From Macrostomum hystrix (lineage: Eukaryota > Animalia > Platyhelminthes), in NCBI GenBank assembly GCA_950097015.1, contig CATNEN010000030.1:1922001-1986000 (forward strand): 64,000 nt of DNA. Direction: 5' to 3'. Of the stretch, positions 1 through 12,625 are shown one piece after another. How positions within the stretch are numbered: the first letter of the stretch is position 1; each line of letters opens with the position of its first letter. A program made the translations under genes and the position numbers. The notes beneath the pieces are model-generated. The model was not told the DNA's origin, searched no databases, and saw nothing but the letters and a program-made list of their open reading frames with translations.

Positions 1-2135
1 GCGGTGGTGGAACTCGTAAATTCAAGGCTGAACAGGTAAAGAAAATTCACATTGTTTATGCTGCTTTGAATATGTTCGCAATTCCAAAGTCAGAGTGTCG
101 CCGTTTTCAGATGCCAATGGAATTAAAATCCCATCCAAATAGGGGCAGGATCCTCGGTTGTTAAATAACTGATCTGAGTATTGAAATCCTGACATCTTGA
201 GTTTGAGATCCCCAGGTCTGGGATATGAGATCCATATATCTCGGATATGGGATATGAGATCTGGGATATCCACGCCAGTCACACTCCCCCCAATTCCACG
301 CCAGTCACACTCCCCCCTATTCCACGCCAGTCACACTCCCCCAAATTCTACGCCAGTCACACTCTCCCCAATTCCACGCCACTCACACTCCCCCCAATTC
401 CACGCCAGTCACACTCCCCCCCCAATTCCACCCCAGTCACACTCCCCCCCAATTCCACGCCAGTCACACTCCCCCCAATTCCACGCCAGTCACACTCCCT
501 CCCCCAATTCCACCCCAGTCACACTCCCCCCCAATTCCACGCCAGTCACACTCCCTCCCAATTCCACGCCAGTCACACTCCCCCCAATTCCACGCCAGTC
601 ACACTCCCCCCCAATTCCACGCCAGTCACACTCCCCCCCAATTCCACGCCAGTCACACTCCCCCCAATTCCACGCCAGTCACACTCCCCCAAATTCTACG
701 CCAGTCACACTCCCCCAATTCCACGCCACTCACACTCCCCCCAATTCCACGCCAGTCACACTCCCTCCCCCAATTCCACCCCAGTCACACTCCCCCCCAA
801 TTCCACGCCAGTCACACTCCCTCCCAATTCCACGCCAGTCACACTCCCCCCAATTCCACGCCAGTCACACTCCCCCCAATTCCACGCCAGTCACACTCCC
901 TCCCCCAATTCCACCCCAGTCACACTCCCCCCCAATTCCACGCCAGTCACACTCCCTCCCAATTCCACGCCAGTCACACTCCCCCCAATTCCACGCCAGT
1001 CACACTCCCCCCAATTCCACGCCACTCACACTCCCCCCAATTCCACGCCACTCACACTCCCCCCAATTCTACGCCAGTCACACTCCCCCCAATTCTACGC
1101 CACTCACACTCCCCCCAATTCTACGCCAGTCACACTCCCCCCAATTCTACGCCACTCACACTCCCCCCCAATTCCACGCCAGTCACACTCCCCCCAATTC
1201 TACGCCAGTTACACTCCCCCCAATTCTACGCCAGTCACACTCCCCCCAATTCTACGCCAGTCACACTCCCCCCCAATTCTACGCCAGTCACACTCCCCCC
1301 AATTCCACGCCAGTCAGATTCCCCCCAATTCCACGCCAGTCAGACTCCGGGAATTCCACGCCAGTCACACTCCCCCCAATTCCACGCCACTCACACTCCC
1401 CCCAATTCCACGCCACTCACACTCCCCCCAATTCCACGCCAGTCACACTCCCCCCCCCAATTCTACGCCAGTCACACTACCCCCAATTCTACGCCAGTCA
1501 CACTCCCCCCAATTCCACTCCAGTCAGATTCCCCCCCCCCCAATTCTACGCCAGTCACACTCCCCCCAATTCCACGCCAGTCACACTCCCCCCAAATTCT
1601 ACGCCAGGCGCACCCGGAGGAGTCGCAGCGTCGCGAGAAGCGCCGAGAGCGCAACCGCGTTGCCGCCGCCAAGTGCCGCAAGAAACGGCAGGACCGTATC
1701 GAGTGCCTGACGGAGGCTGTGCGCGACCTGGAAACCGACAATGCCCAGTTGGAGGCGACCGTCTCGCAGCTGATTGGTCGCCGCAGTCAGCTCATTAGCG
1801 AGGTTCGCGCGCACCAGCTTCGCTGTCACGATTCTGGCAAACTACTTGCTGAAGCAGCCGCCGCCGCTGCCGCCGCCGCCGCCGTCACAACTGAGCTGCC
1901 GCAGGCGCCGTTATCGTCAATCGGCGACGAGCTAGACGAAGGTAGCGAGTCCTGTCCGAGTTCGTCTAGCCGCTGCGGAGTCGGGGCGCCGCCTAGTCTA
2001 GGCTCGTCCTTTAGCAACGGCCTGCTGACAGCCGCTGTGCCGTCTGAGCTGAACCAGCAGCAGCAGCAGCAGCAGGGTATGGCCGCTGAATTCCCTGTTG
2101 ATGAAGCTGTCTCCTCCGATTTTATGCCACTGTAA
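1..2135 (+). CDS. ATF3/Fos-family bZIP transcription factor, paralog 1 (5' partial; exons <1-35 and 1608-2135)
   Basis: Exon 3-35 reads GGGTRKFKAEQ, then donor gtaaag (phase 0). Acceptor ag at 1606-1607, then AHPEESQRREKRRERNRVAAAKCRKKRQDRIECLTEAVRDLETDNAQLEATVSQLIGRRSQLISEVRAHQLRCH: a basic region, leucine heptads and the HxxxC motif typical of Fos/ATF3. Intron position matches Fos KVEQ|LSPEE. Stop at 2133-2135. Confidence 0.92.
270..1607. repeat. Intronic minisatellite, ~26-29 bp unit (ccccccaattccacgccagtcacact)
   Basis: Roughly 50 direct tandem units; the last unit ends at the splice acceptor of the bZIP exon. Confidence 0.97.
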
Positions 2136-3381
2136 GCCATGAAAGTGACATCAGAAATGATTATGCAAGGCTTGTCCAGCCTACTGTACTAAGCACTAGT
2201 TGCTAATCGGTTTGCATGAGTTAATTATGCTGCCGGGCGTATATCTTGAGCTCTTCTTTTATTGACTTTTTTATCATATTTGTTAAGCAGCGTCAGCATG
2301 CCCGAGTTTGTGAGTCTTTTTACTTTTGATTTTCCGTAGTGCTTTTTACCTATTAAAGCAGTTTTTTAACGAAGACAAATCTGATGAGTACATTTTGATT
2401 TATGATTCATTTTCTCACCTTTTTTGGCCGCCTCTTGCGGTCTTCTTTGAGCAGACTTTACCTGCGTCAGCTTTGTAAATCTCTGCTTTTAGTGTCATAC
2501 TTTTTTCTGCTCAATTAATCCGGTTCTCTTGATGCAATGGCTGCCTGTAGCATTGTGAGCAGCTGCTTCCCAGTTCAGTCCCTGAGCTCAACTATTGTGG
2601 GACAAAAGTGAATTGAAACAAAGTTTTCCGCTAAAGGAATCAGTAAATAAATTCCACCTTCATTTTTTAGTCAGTTCACAAAGCTAAAACTGTATTTATG
2701 CTATTAAACGCGCCAAGCTGTTTGTTCTGTGCGTTTATAAATAATTAACGCTTTATTATGTAGCTAATTCTTTTGTTTCATTCTGTTTTTATGTCAGTCA
2801 GTTTTAGCCAAATATTGTGTGTGCTTTTACATTAAGTCTGCAATTATAAACTAGCTTTTTGTAAATGTGAAAATGCTAGCAATCAATCCTGTTTGTTGCT
2901 TTTCTATTCTTTGCTTCAATTGGGGTAAACGAATTTGTTAATCTCGCCAGTTTTTTGTTTCTGTTAGCCAAACCGTTTTCTGTAATCTTGTCTTGTATGA
3001 AATAGCTTTGATTTAATTCCGTCTGCAGCACTGCTCCCTTACTACTCATAGTACTGCACACGACACTTTTTATAATCATCATGACGCCACGTTTTATTGT
3101 GCCAGCCGGTATCCATAATATTTACTCATTGTTTTGTTATAATTACTTAATAGTTTAATTAAACTCCAGGTGCTTTTTTAATCAAATTAAATGCCACTAT
3201 GTTTATCTATTGTTCTAGTTTATTTATATGCTAAATAAACTGTACAAAAAATAAAGAAATCAATAAAACGTAAATGGCAGACATGTTTGTGTTTCCTCTG
3301 GGGGCATTTTTAATGATGGCAGATAGTTTAAGTTTCTTTGAAGCTCGTCTAACTGATTCAGTGATTTTATTAAATAACAGA

Positions 3382-3500
3382 GGGTTGTAGCCTAGCCAGT
3401 CGTTAGAGCGTCGGACTATAACGACTTAAAGGTCGAGGGTTCCTTCCCGAATCCACAGGAACAATCCTTTAGCATTTAGCAAGACACTTAACTTTGCATT
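3382..3500 (+). mobile_element. tRNA-derived SINE fragment, family B (CORE-like segment)
   Basis: A-box-like tagcctagccagtcgttagagc, B-box-like ggttccttcccgaatcc, then agcaagacacttaact; similar to copies at 46921 and 55085. Confidence 0.65.
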
Positions 3501-3834
3501 TCTTCTGTTGTGACGCAGCCCTCACCTCTGCCCTATCATTTTCATCTCTTTCCCATTCCCTGCCCCGCCAGTCGGCTAGCGTGCCCCCCACCCCAGTTCA
3601 TATGTATCGATCGCCCCAGCCTACCCCTAATTGTTGAATGTACATCTCACCCGCCTTGCCCTCTTACCCCACCCCCTGTTTGTTTTGTCGCTAAAGCCCG
3701 GAGTTCTGTGGTTCTGTGGTTCTGTGGCGTCCCCCTAGTCCATGGGTCGGCAACCTCCGGCCCGCGGGCCAGATGCGGCCTTCGAAGCTCCCAAATCCGG
3801 CCCTTACCTCCTAACACCTACTCTACACAGTACA

Positions 3835-4590
3835 CCATATCTCACCTCTCCCCTGTCTCACCTCTCCCCTGTCTTATCTCTCCCCTGTCTTATCTCTCCC
3901 CTGTCTCATCTCTCCCCTGTCTCACCTCTCCCCTGTCTCATCTCTCCCCTGTCTCACCTCTCCCCTGTCTCACCTCTCCCCTGTCTTATCTCTCCCCTGT
4001 CTCATCTCTTCCCTGTCTCATCCCTCCCTATCTCATCCCTCCCCTGTCTCATCTCTCCCCTGTCTCACCTCTCCCCTGTCTCATCTCTCCCCTGTCTCAC
4101 CTCTCCCCTGTCTTATCTCTCCCCTGTCTCATCTCTTCCCTGTCTCATCCCTCCCTATCTCATCCCTCCCCTGTCTCATCTCTCCCCTGTCTCACCTCTC
4201 CCCTGTCTCATCTCTCCCCTGTCTCACCTCTCCCCTGTCTTACCTCTCCCCTGTCTCAACTCTCCCCTGTCTCACCTCTCCCCTGTCTCACCTCTCCCCT
4301 GTCTTATCTCTCCCCTGTCTCATCTCTTCCCTGTCTCATCCCTCCCTATCTCATCCCTCCCCTGTCTCATCTCTCCCGTCTCATCTCTCCCCACCTGTCT
4401 TATCTCTCCCCTTTTTCATCGCTCCCCTGTCTCATCTCTCCCAGCCTGTCTCATCTCTCCCAGCCTGTCTTATCTCTCCCCTGTCTTATCTCTCTTGCGT
4501 CTTATCTCCCCCGTCTCATCTCTCTTGCGTCTTATCTCCCCCGTCTCATCTCTCACCTGTCTGATCTCTCCTGTGTCTCATCTCTCCCAT
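3835..4590. repeat. CT-rich minisatellite (tctcatctctcccctg-type units)
   Basis: Tandem 16-20 bp pyrimidine-rich units; same family as the array at 30325-31935. Confidence 0.95.
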
Positions 4591-4779
4591 TTCTTCATGC
4601 GGCCCGCCGTCGTCTTTAAGATCCTCTCTTTAGCCCGCTATAAATTGCCGACCCCTGCCCTAGTCCATGGACTGAACAGCTGTACACAGCCTTTAGATAG
4701 CCGCGATAGCTGTCGGCTGCACATGTGGTCCAATTAGGGCGAGTATAATTAATTATTCTTAGTTTTTAAGTGGGGGCTA

Positions 4780-4950
4780 ACCCCCAAGGCACAGTGAGAG
4801 TGTACACTGCCTGAAGATGAAAAATACCCCGGCAGGTGTACACACCTGTTGGAGAATGTTGCCTGCTTGCGGTATCTGTGTGCGTGCGTCTGCTTGGGGG
4901 TCAGCTGAATAGGCAGAACTGCCTGTCTCACTGACTGCTGACTGACTGTC
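4780..4950 (+). mobile_element. SINE family A, 3' fragment
   Basis: ccaaggcacagtgagagtgtacactgcctga...gtgtacacac...gtatctgtgtgcg is shared with copies at 10111, 12395, 15627 and 62135. Confidence 0.7.
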
Positions 4951-5427
4951 GCTGAATGTTGCACCAAGTTACCCACAGTCGAAGCTCTGATTATTATAAT
5001 TTATTAATGTCCTTAGCAACTAACACGTTTACTAGGCGGGGCCGCGTGTTATCTAATAGGCGCAACAAAGATATTAATCTCAAGGCCCATGGTCTAAAAC
5101 CCAGATGTGCCATTTATCTATACTTGGTCAATTGTACATGTACTTAAAGCAGGTCAACTCTCGGAGCATATTATTTTTCAGTTTTCAGTTATGTTCTTAT
5201 TATTTGTTAAATAGAGAAATTTATTTATATTCCCGATTTTATCTACTTCTAAAATTAGCTGCCAAGCTGACTGCCTTGCACAGTGTAAACCTGGACTGTC
5301 ACGTGTCTATGAGCTCTCCGCAGCACAAATCTGAAAGTTCCCAGTAAAGCTAGCTGTATCAGCATGAATAGTTTTTTTACTATCTAAAAAAGGAAGACTA
5401 TGTGGGGCCATATTTCAGAACTACATG

Positions 5428-6405
5428 CTTTCAAACTGTGACAGACATGCTTTCAAACTGTGACAGACATGCTTTGAAACAGTGACAGACATGCTTTCAA
5501 ACTGTGACAGACAGGCTTTCAAACTGTGACAGACATGCTTTGAAACTGTGACAGACATGCTTTCAAACTGTGACAGACATGCTTTCAAACTGTGACAGAC
5601 ATGCTTTCAAACTGTGACAGACATGCTTTCAAACTGTGACAGACATGCTTTCAAACTGTGGCAGACAGGCTTTGAAACTGTGACAGACAGGCTTTGAAAC
5701 TGTGACAGACATGCTTTGAAACAGTGACAGACATGCTTTGAAACTGTGACAGACAGGCTTTGAAACAGTGACAGACATGCTTTGAAACTGTGACAGACAT
5801 GCTTTGAAACTGTGACAGACATGCTTTGAAACTGTGACAGACATGCTTTGAAACTGTGACAGACATGCTTTGAAACTGTGACAGACAGGCTTTGAAACTG
5901 TGACAGACATGCTTTGAAACTGTGACAGACAGGCTTTGAAACTGTGACAGACATGCTTTGAAACAGTGACAGACATGCTTTCAAACTGTGACAGACATGC
6001 TTTCAAACTGTGACAGACATGCTTTCAAACTGTGGCAGACAGGCTTTCAAACTGTGACAGACATGCTTTCAAACTGTGACAGACATGCTTTCAAACTGTG
6101 ACAGACATGCTTTGAAACAGTGACAGACATGCTTTGAAACTGTGACAGACATGCTTTGAAACTGTGACAGACATGCTTTGAAACTGTGACAGACATGCTT
6201 TGAAACTGTGACAGACATGCTTTGAAACTGTGACAGACAGGCTTTGAAACTGTGACAGACATGCTTTGAAACTGTGACAGACATGCTTTGAAACTGTGAC
6301 AGACATGCTTTGAAACAGTGACAGACATGCTTTGAAACTGTGACAGACAGGCTTTGAAACTGTGACAGACATGCTTTGAAACTGTGACAGACATGCTTTG
6401 TGACA
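5428..6405. repeat. 22-bp minisatellite (tttgaaactgtgacagacatgc)
   Basis: About 44 near-identical tandem units. Confidence 0.97.
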
Positions 6406-7104
6406 TAATCCTACGACTCGTTTCTCAACTATTTTTAAGCGTACAGTAATTGAGTCTCAATCTGTTTCGGTAATTCGCGCACTGTCATCATCAAGGCCAA
6501 GTTAAGCTTAGTTTTTTTCAAAGCTTCCAGAAACCATTGGCGGGAAGCCCTGCCGCCGGCCCAGGGCTTTGCAAGATTTTCGTGGACCTTTGGCCGCCTC
6601 CCTCGCCTCCCTGGAAGGAAAATGTTCACTCCGCGTGAGCCACTAGGAATGAGCCGTAGACCATAATGTACGCGAGAAAAAAGCAGCGAGTGACGAAATG
6701 TCTAAAAATAGCCACAGCCAGGGCTTGCTCCGCCGTTTAACTGGCATGCGGTCACACGCGGCCCAGCATTTAGTTTTCTCCTTGCAGGAGCCGCTGAAAA
6801 TTATTAAAGAAGGTGCGCAGGCCTTGTCTGTTCCGGTCATCGAAGAGGGAGCTGTGTCGAAACGCTTGACATTGAATTTTCTGCGACACTGCTAAGTCGG
6901 CTTTGCCTAGGCAAAGGTAAGATGAGGCTATGCTTTTCAACTATAGTAACAGCACCGCTTGCCAGTTTCAGTATACATTTGCTCAATAGTCTAGGTTTAT
7001 GGGAAATCTACTCGCAACTTATCAATATCCGATAATTGGATACAGTATTCAACTCCTCAAAAAAAAAACCAAAATTGAGTATTTCAACAATTCTTTTCTG
7101 TCAT

Positions 7105-7856
7105 TCATTCTGTCTGTTCTGTCAATCAGTCTGTTCTGTCAATCAGTCTGTTCTGTCAATCAGTCTGTTCTGTCAATCTGTCTGTTCTGTCAATCAGTCT
7201 GTTCTGTCAATCTGTCTGTTCTGTCAATCAGTCTGTTCTCTCAATCAGTCTGTTCTGTCAATCAGTCTGTTCTGTCAATCTGTCTGTTCTGTCAATCAGT
7301 CTGTTCTCTCAAACAGTCTGTTCTCTCAAACAGTCTGTTCTGTCAATCAGTCTGTTCTGTCAATCAGTCTGTTCTGTCAATCTGTCTGTTCTGTCAATCT
7401 GTCTGTTTTGTCAATCAGTCTGTTCTGTCAATCTGTCTGTTTTGTCAATCAGTCTGTTCTGTCAATCAGTCTGTTCTGTCAATCAGTCTGTTCTGTCAAT
7501 CAGTCTGTTCTGTCAATCAGTCTGTTCTGTCAATCTGTCTGTTCTCTCAAACAGTCTGTTCTGTCAATCAGTCTGTTCTGTCAATCAGTCTGTTCTGTCA
7601 ATCTGTCTGTTCTGTCAATCTGTCTGTTTTGTCAATCAGTCTGTTCTGTCAATCTGTCTGTTTTGTCAATCTGTCTGTTCTGTCAATCAGTCTGTTCTGT
7701 CAATCAGTCTGTTCTGTCAATCAGTCTGTTCTGTCAATCTGTCTGTTCTGTCAATCTGTCTGTTTTGTCAATCAGTCTGTTCTGTCAATCTGTCTGTTTT
7801 GTCAATCTGTCTGTTCTGTCAATCAGTCTGTTCTGTCAATCAGTCTGTTCTGTCGA
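7105..7856. repeat. 17-bp minisatellite (ctgttctgtcaatcagt)
   Basis: Direct tandem units ending ~100 bp before the bZIP paralog 2 exon. Confidence 0.97.
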
Positions 7857-7962
7857 TCTGAACTCATTACTCACACGTTATTCATTAGGCTAATTTAAGG
7901 TCTTCTTAGACCCTCAAATTAAGTTTTCTGACGACATTTCCTGCCCCTTGTTTCGACCTCAG

Positions 7963-10692
7963 TCAGCAACAGCGCGACAGTCACGTGCCGCAGAGCTGGC
8001 GAGTGGCAGCGGAGGCGGTCGCGGCGGCGGCAGCGGTGGCAGCCGGAGGCCCATCGAGGCTCCGGAAGAGGGCCAGCTGCTCGGCTGGCTGGTGCGCGAG
8101 GAGCTGAGCTGCCAGATTCAGCTGAAGCTCATTCGAGAAGGTCGCTCACTCTCGACATCGGCGACAGAAGAGAGCGAGCGGCGCGCCGAGTCCCCTGTGA
8201 GCTGAGAGACAGAGAGTGACAGGGAGACAGATTGACAGGGAGACAGAGATCGACAGGGAGACAGAGATTGACAGGGAGACAGAGATTGACAGGGAGACAG
8301 AGATCGACAGGGAGACAGGGAGACAGAGATAGAGAGACATAGACAGGGAGACAGAGATAGACAGGGAGACAGAGATTGACAGGGAGACAGAGATCGACAG
8401 GGAGACAGAGATAGAGAGACAGAGATTGATAAGGAGACAGATTGATAGGGAGACAGATTGATAAGGAGACAGAGATTGATAACGAGACAGAGATCGACAG
8501 GGAGACAGAGATAGAGAGACAGAGATTGATAGGGAGACAGAGATTGATAGGGAGACAGAGATTGATAAGGAGACAGAGATTGATAACGAGACAGAGATTG
8601 ATAGGGAGACAGAGATTGATAGGGAGACAGAGATTGATAGGGAGACAGATTGACAGGGAGACAGAGATTGATCGGGAGACAGAGATTGATAGGGAGACAG
8701 ATTGACAGGGAGACAGAGAGATTGATAAGGAGACAGACATTGATAGGGAGACAGAGATTGATAGGGAGACAGAGTTTGATAGGGAGACAGATTGACAGGG
8801 AGACAGAGAGATTGATAAGGAGACAGACATTGATAGGGAGACAGAGATTGATCGGGAGACAGAGATTGATCGGGAGACAGAGATTGATAGGGAGACAGAT
8901 TGACAGGGAGACAGAGAGATTGATAAGGAGACAGACATTGATAGGGAGACAGAGATTGATCGGGAGACAGAGATTGATCGGGAGACAGAGATTGATAGGG
9001 AGACAGATTGACAGGGAGACAGAGAGATTGATAAGGAGACAGACATTGATAGGGAGACAGAGATTGATAGGGAGACAGAGATTGATAGGGAGACAGATTG
9101 ACAGGGAGACAGAGAGATTGATAAGGAGACAGACATTGATAGGGAGACAGAGATTGATCGGGAGACAGAGATTGATAGGGAGACAGATTGACAGGGAGAC
9201 AGAGAGGTTGATAAGGAGACAGACATTGATAGGGAGACAGAGATTGATCGGGAGACAGAGATTGATCGGGAGACAGAGATTGATAGGGAGACAGATTGAC
9301 AGGGAGACAGAGAGATTGATAAGGAGACAGACATTGATAGGGAGACAGAGATTGATAGGGAGACAGAGATTGATAGGGAGACAGATATTGATAGGGAGAC
9401 AGAGATTGATAGGGAGACAGAGATTGATAGGGAGACAGATATTGATAGGGAGACAGAGATTGATCGGGAGACAGAGATTGATAGGGAGACAGATTGACAG
9501 GGAGACGGAGAGATTGATAAGGAGACAGACATTGATAGGGAGACAGAGATTGACAGGCAGGCAGTTACAGCAATTGAGTCAGCATTTGGATGAAGACAAA
9601 AAGTTGGGAGTTGGGGCTGGAAATGAATGCAATAATTTATAATACTTTTAACACTAGTCTTTTGATTGTGATTGGTCGGAAAAATCTGATTCGATGAAAC
9701 CATATGACTAGGTCCAGACAGCCAGCATAACACTATAGTCACAATCCCCATTCTTTAACCCGCTGAACTCTAAAGTCCATTGAACTGTACTAAACCATGC
9801 GTCGCATGACGCATTCGTTCCACGTCAGAACAAAATTGGGAAGGGATATACAGTGGGCACACTTTCAGTAGTGTAGAAAGCATTTTTATATACTTTTCTT
9901 TTACTCATTGACTGAGTTATTTACCGATGATTCGATGCGCAGTTAAGCGCGGAGACGCTGCAGATGCAGGCGAGGCGGCGGGCCGGAAACCGACTGGCTG
10001 CCCGGCGGTGCCGGACGAAACGGCGGATCGAGCTGGCCCAACTCAACGAGGTGAGTCCAGCTTGTGAGGCTATCTTTCTCGATCCCCATCTCTCACAATC
10101 CCATCTCTCGGGGGGAGGGTAAGTGGCAGACGCATTTGCCTCTGAGCTCCTGAGTCCTGAGCTCGATTCCGCGGCGAGGCCACATTCATTTTGGGCGCAA
10201 CCGCGGAGAGAAGGCTTGGGGGCTTGTCGTGTAATTTAGGCCCTTGAGGGCCAACCTCCAAGGCACAGTGAAAGTGCACACTGCGTGCCTCCTGTGGGTC
10301 TCATGTCACCGAATGATGTACCATAGCCCACAGCCATGCTGCCAATATTTCTACTAATATTACTATATATTATTATTTACAAAATCAATTTCTCTTACAA
10401 TATCCATATACAATTTTATCGGCAGCGAATCCGACAGAACGAACTTGAGCTCAGACGGCTTGGCCGCTGCCTCGAGCAAGCCAGGCAGGAGTTCGCTGAA
10501 CTTCTAGGCGACTTCCAGTCGATCGGCTGCCTACACAGCTTCCTAGCCTGGCGGCTGGACCCTGCCCAGCCCGAGCTGCAAGACCCTTGGCTAGCCCGCC
10601 TGCTGCTGAACATTCGTCAGCTTCTGGAGGCTTCTCCACACCTCGTCACAGCCTGTTGTATAGGCTCTCCGACTCAAGCGCAACAACAATGA
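7963..10692 (+). CDS. ATF3/Fos-family bZIP, paralog 2 (exons ~7963/7967-8196, 9943-10050, 10426-10692; start exon unresolved, possibly 6698-6812)
   Basis: Exon 1 has LVREELSCQIQLKL, resembling ATF3 FVKEELRFAIQNK. The 108-nt phase-0 exon LSAETLQMQARRRAGNRLAARRCRTKRRIELAQLNE has the same length as the Fos basic-region exon. The zipper exon starts RIRQNELELRRLGRCLEQARQEFAELL. All introns are GT-AG; stop at 10690-10692. Confidence 0.85.
8205..9560. repeat. 18-bp GA-rich intronic minisatellite (gggagacagagattgata)
   Basis: Tandem units begin ~10 bp after the donor at 8197. Confidence 0.97.
10111..10290 (+). mobile_element. tRNA-derived SINE family A
   Basis: ggtaagtggcaga (A-box-like), gagctcgattcc (B-box-like) and body shared with four other copies in the window. 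Confidence 0.8.
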
Positions 10693-10740
10693 CCTTTCTA
10701 CCATAGACGGCGCGACTAGCATTGTTACGTTGTTGTGAGG

Positions 10741-11470
10741 CTCAGTTCAGTAACAGAAACTGTAGCAAACAGAGTTCACTGTGGGTCTCCTCAGTTCAGT
10801 AACAGAAACTGTTGCAAACAGAGTTCACTGTGGGTCTCCTCAGTTCAGTAACAGAAACTGTTGCAAACAGAGTTCACTGTGGGTCTCCTCAGTTCAGTAA
10901 CAGAAACTGTAGCAAACAGAGTTCACTGTGGGTCTCCTCAGTTCAGTAACAGAAACTGTTGCAAACAGAGTTCATTGTGAGTCTCCTCAGTTCAGTAACA
11001 GAAACTGTTGCAAACAGAGTTCACTGTGGGTCTCCTCAGTTCAGTAACAGAAACTGTTGCAAACAGAGTTCAATGACCTTTCTACCATAGACGGCGCGAC
11101 TAGCATTGTTACGTTGTTGTGAGGCTCAGTTCAGTAACAGAAACTGTTAGCAAACAGAGTTCACTGTGGGTCTCCTCAGTTCAGTAACAGAAACTGTTGC
11201 AAACAGAGTTCACTGTGAGTCTCCTCAGTTCAGTAACAGAAACTGTAGCAAACAGAGTTCACTGTGGGTCTCCTCAGTTCAGTAACAGAAACTGTAGCAA
11301 ACAGAGTTCACTGTGAGTCTCCTCAGTTCAGTAACAGAAACTGTAGCAAACAGAGTTCACTGTGGGTCTCCTCAGTTCAGTAACAGAAACTGTTGCAAAC
11401 AGAGTTCACTGTGAGTCTCCTCAGTTCAGTAACAGAAACTGTAGCAAACAGAGCTCACTGTGAGTCTACC
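10741..11470. repeat. 49-bp minisatellite just downstream of the paralog 2 stop codon, with a ~384-bp higher-order duplication
   Basis: Unit ctcagttcagtaacagaaactgttgcaaacagagttcactgtgggtctc; the unique segment caatgacctttctaccatag...gtgagg occurs at both 10687 and 11071. Confidence 0.95.
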
Positions 11471-12394
11471 TAGCTCAGTAACAAAGATCGCGGGGAACTC
11501 AGCATGAGGGATTTTCCATGATCCAGTGCTAAATTGTCGCTTATGTGTACACTCGACTGTAAGCATTCCTGCATTTCCGCCATGAATCGTGTTTTTAATA
11601 AGGCTTTTGATGTCAATAAGTTTCGCTTCATTTGCTTAAGTTTTAAAAGTTCAGACGCTTTTTAATGAGGTTACAAAATATTTCAAATATCTTAAATTTA
11701 TGGTGCTGGTCTTTCAGTTCGACTGTACAGATGGCTAGCCTATGTACAATTAAAGTTTTGTCAAATTATTTGTGTATATAAGCTTTGTATATAGACTTCC
11801 TATTTGAGCTGTAATATTTTTTCGAATTTTGTGATATTTTGATTCCTTTTTGTGTATGAGAATTAGCTATTAAATACTGCATGTTTTTTCTAGTTAGTTC
11901 AGCAAGTCATATTTTCGTTGCCTTAATTTATTTAAGGGTTTATTTGTCTCAGTTTTCTTGTTTTAATAGATACATATTAATTTTGCAAAGTATGATTATT
12001 TGATATAATTTCTTTTAACATATGTGCTTAATTGCCCTCCGTGACAAACAGTCTATACCTTTCGCGTGTTGTACGAGTGTAAAGTGACAGATTTCACAGT
12101 GTTGGCTGTGAAGTGGATAAAAAATATTGGCATTTTTTTCATTATGCGAACTAACTGCATTTCATATCTTAGAACAAGTGCATTCGGCCTGACATACGGG
12201 CTGTAACTGATTCGCTTGTCGTTTGTGTTTTTATTTTCAAAATAAAGTTCTTCGATATTTTAGCTGTCGAATAGCAGAAGTGTTTTCTAGGAAATTCAAT
12301 TCATTATTGAAAACGCTGTGAAACACTGAATCATTACTTAGGCGACAGTGAACCCACAGCTAGAAATGAGATGATTCTGCCCATTCTACGACCC

Positions 12395-12625
12395 ATGAGC
12401 ACACACTCACACAGGGTGTGTGTACATCTGCCCTGACTTTCTCATCGTACACTGTACACATCGGCACTGTACACTCTCTGCACTACACTTTGACGTTAGG
12501 TCCTCAGAATCGCAATTTGCACGACAGGCGCGACAAATTAATGTGGCCTCAACGCGGATTGCAGCTCATGAGACCTTGGTTCGAGACTCCGACAAGTCAA
12601 CTTGTCGACCACTCAACCCACTCAC
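12395..12625 (-). mobile_element. tRNA-derived SINE family A (degenerate)
   Basis: Reverse complement matches the copy at 15627 (gaggccacatt...gtcgtgcaa...gggcagatgtacacac). Confidence 0.72.

Noticed and set aside
197-1798. 533-aa and 487-aa Pro/Ser/His/Thr-rich ORFs
   Set aside because: Stop-free translations of the intronic minisatellite; the true bZIP frame starts at the acceptor at 1608.
6698-6916. Candidate first exon(s) of bZIP paralog 2
   Set aside because: ATG 6698 with donor 6813 could join acceptor 7967 in phase, but the stronger donor at 6917 has stops in all frames; unresolved without cDNA, so not called.
3510-9751. Repetitive ORFs of 120-540 aa (LISPLSHL, SVTVSK, QSVCSV, RQRLIG types)
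   Set aside because: All coincide with tandem arrays, are open in several frames at once, and have no domain content.
10741-11470. CRISPR-like appearance of the 49-bp array (also the 33-35 bp arrays at 22470, 24456 and 42420)
   Set aside because: Units are directly adjacent with no unique spacers, no cas genes, and the context is eukaryotic.
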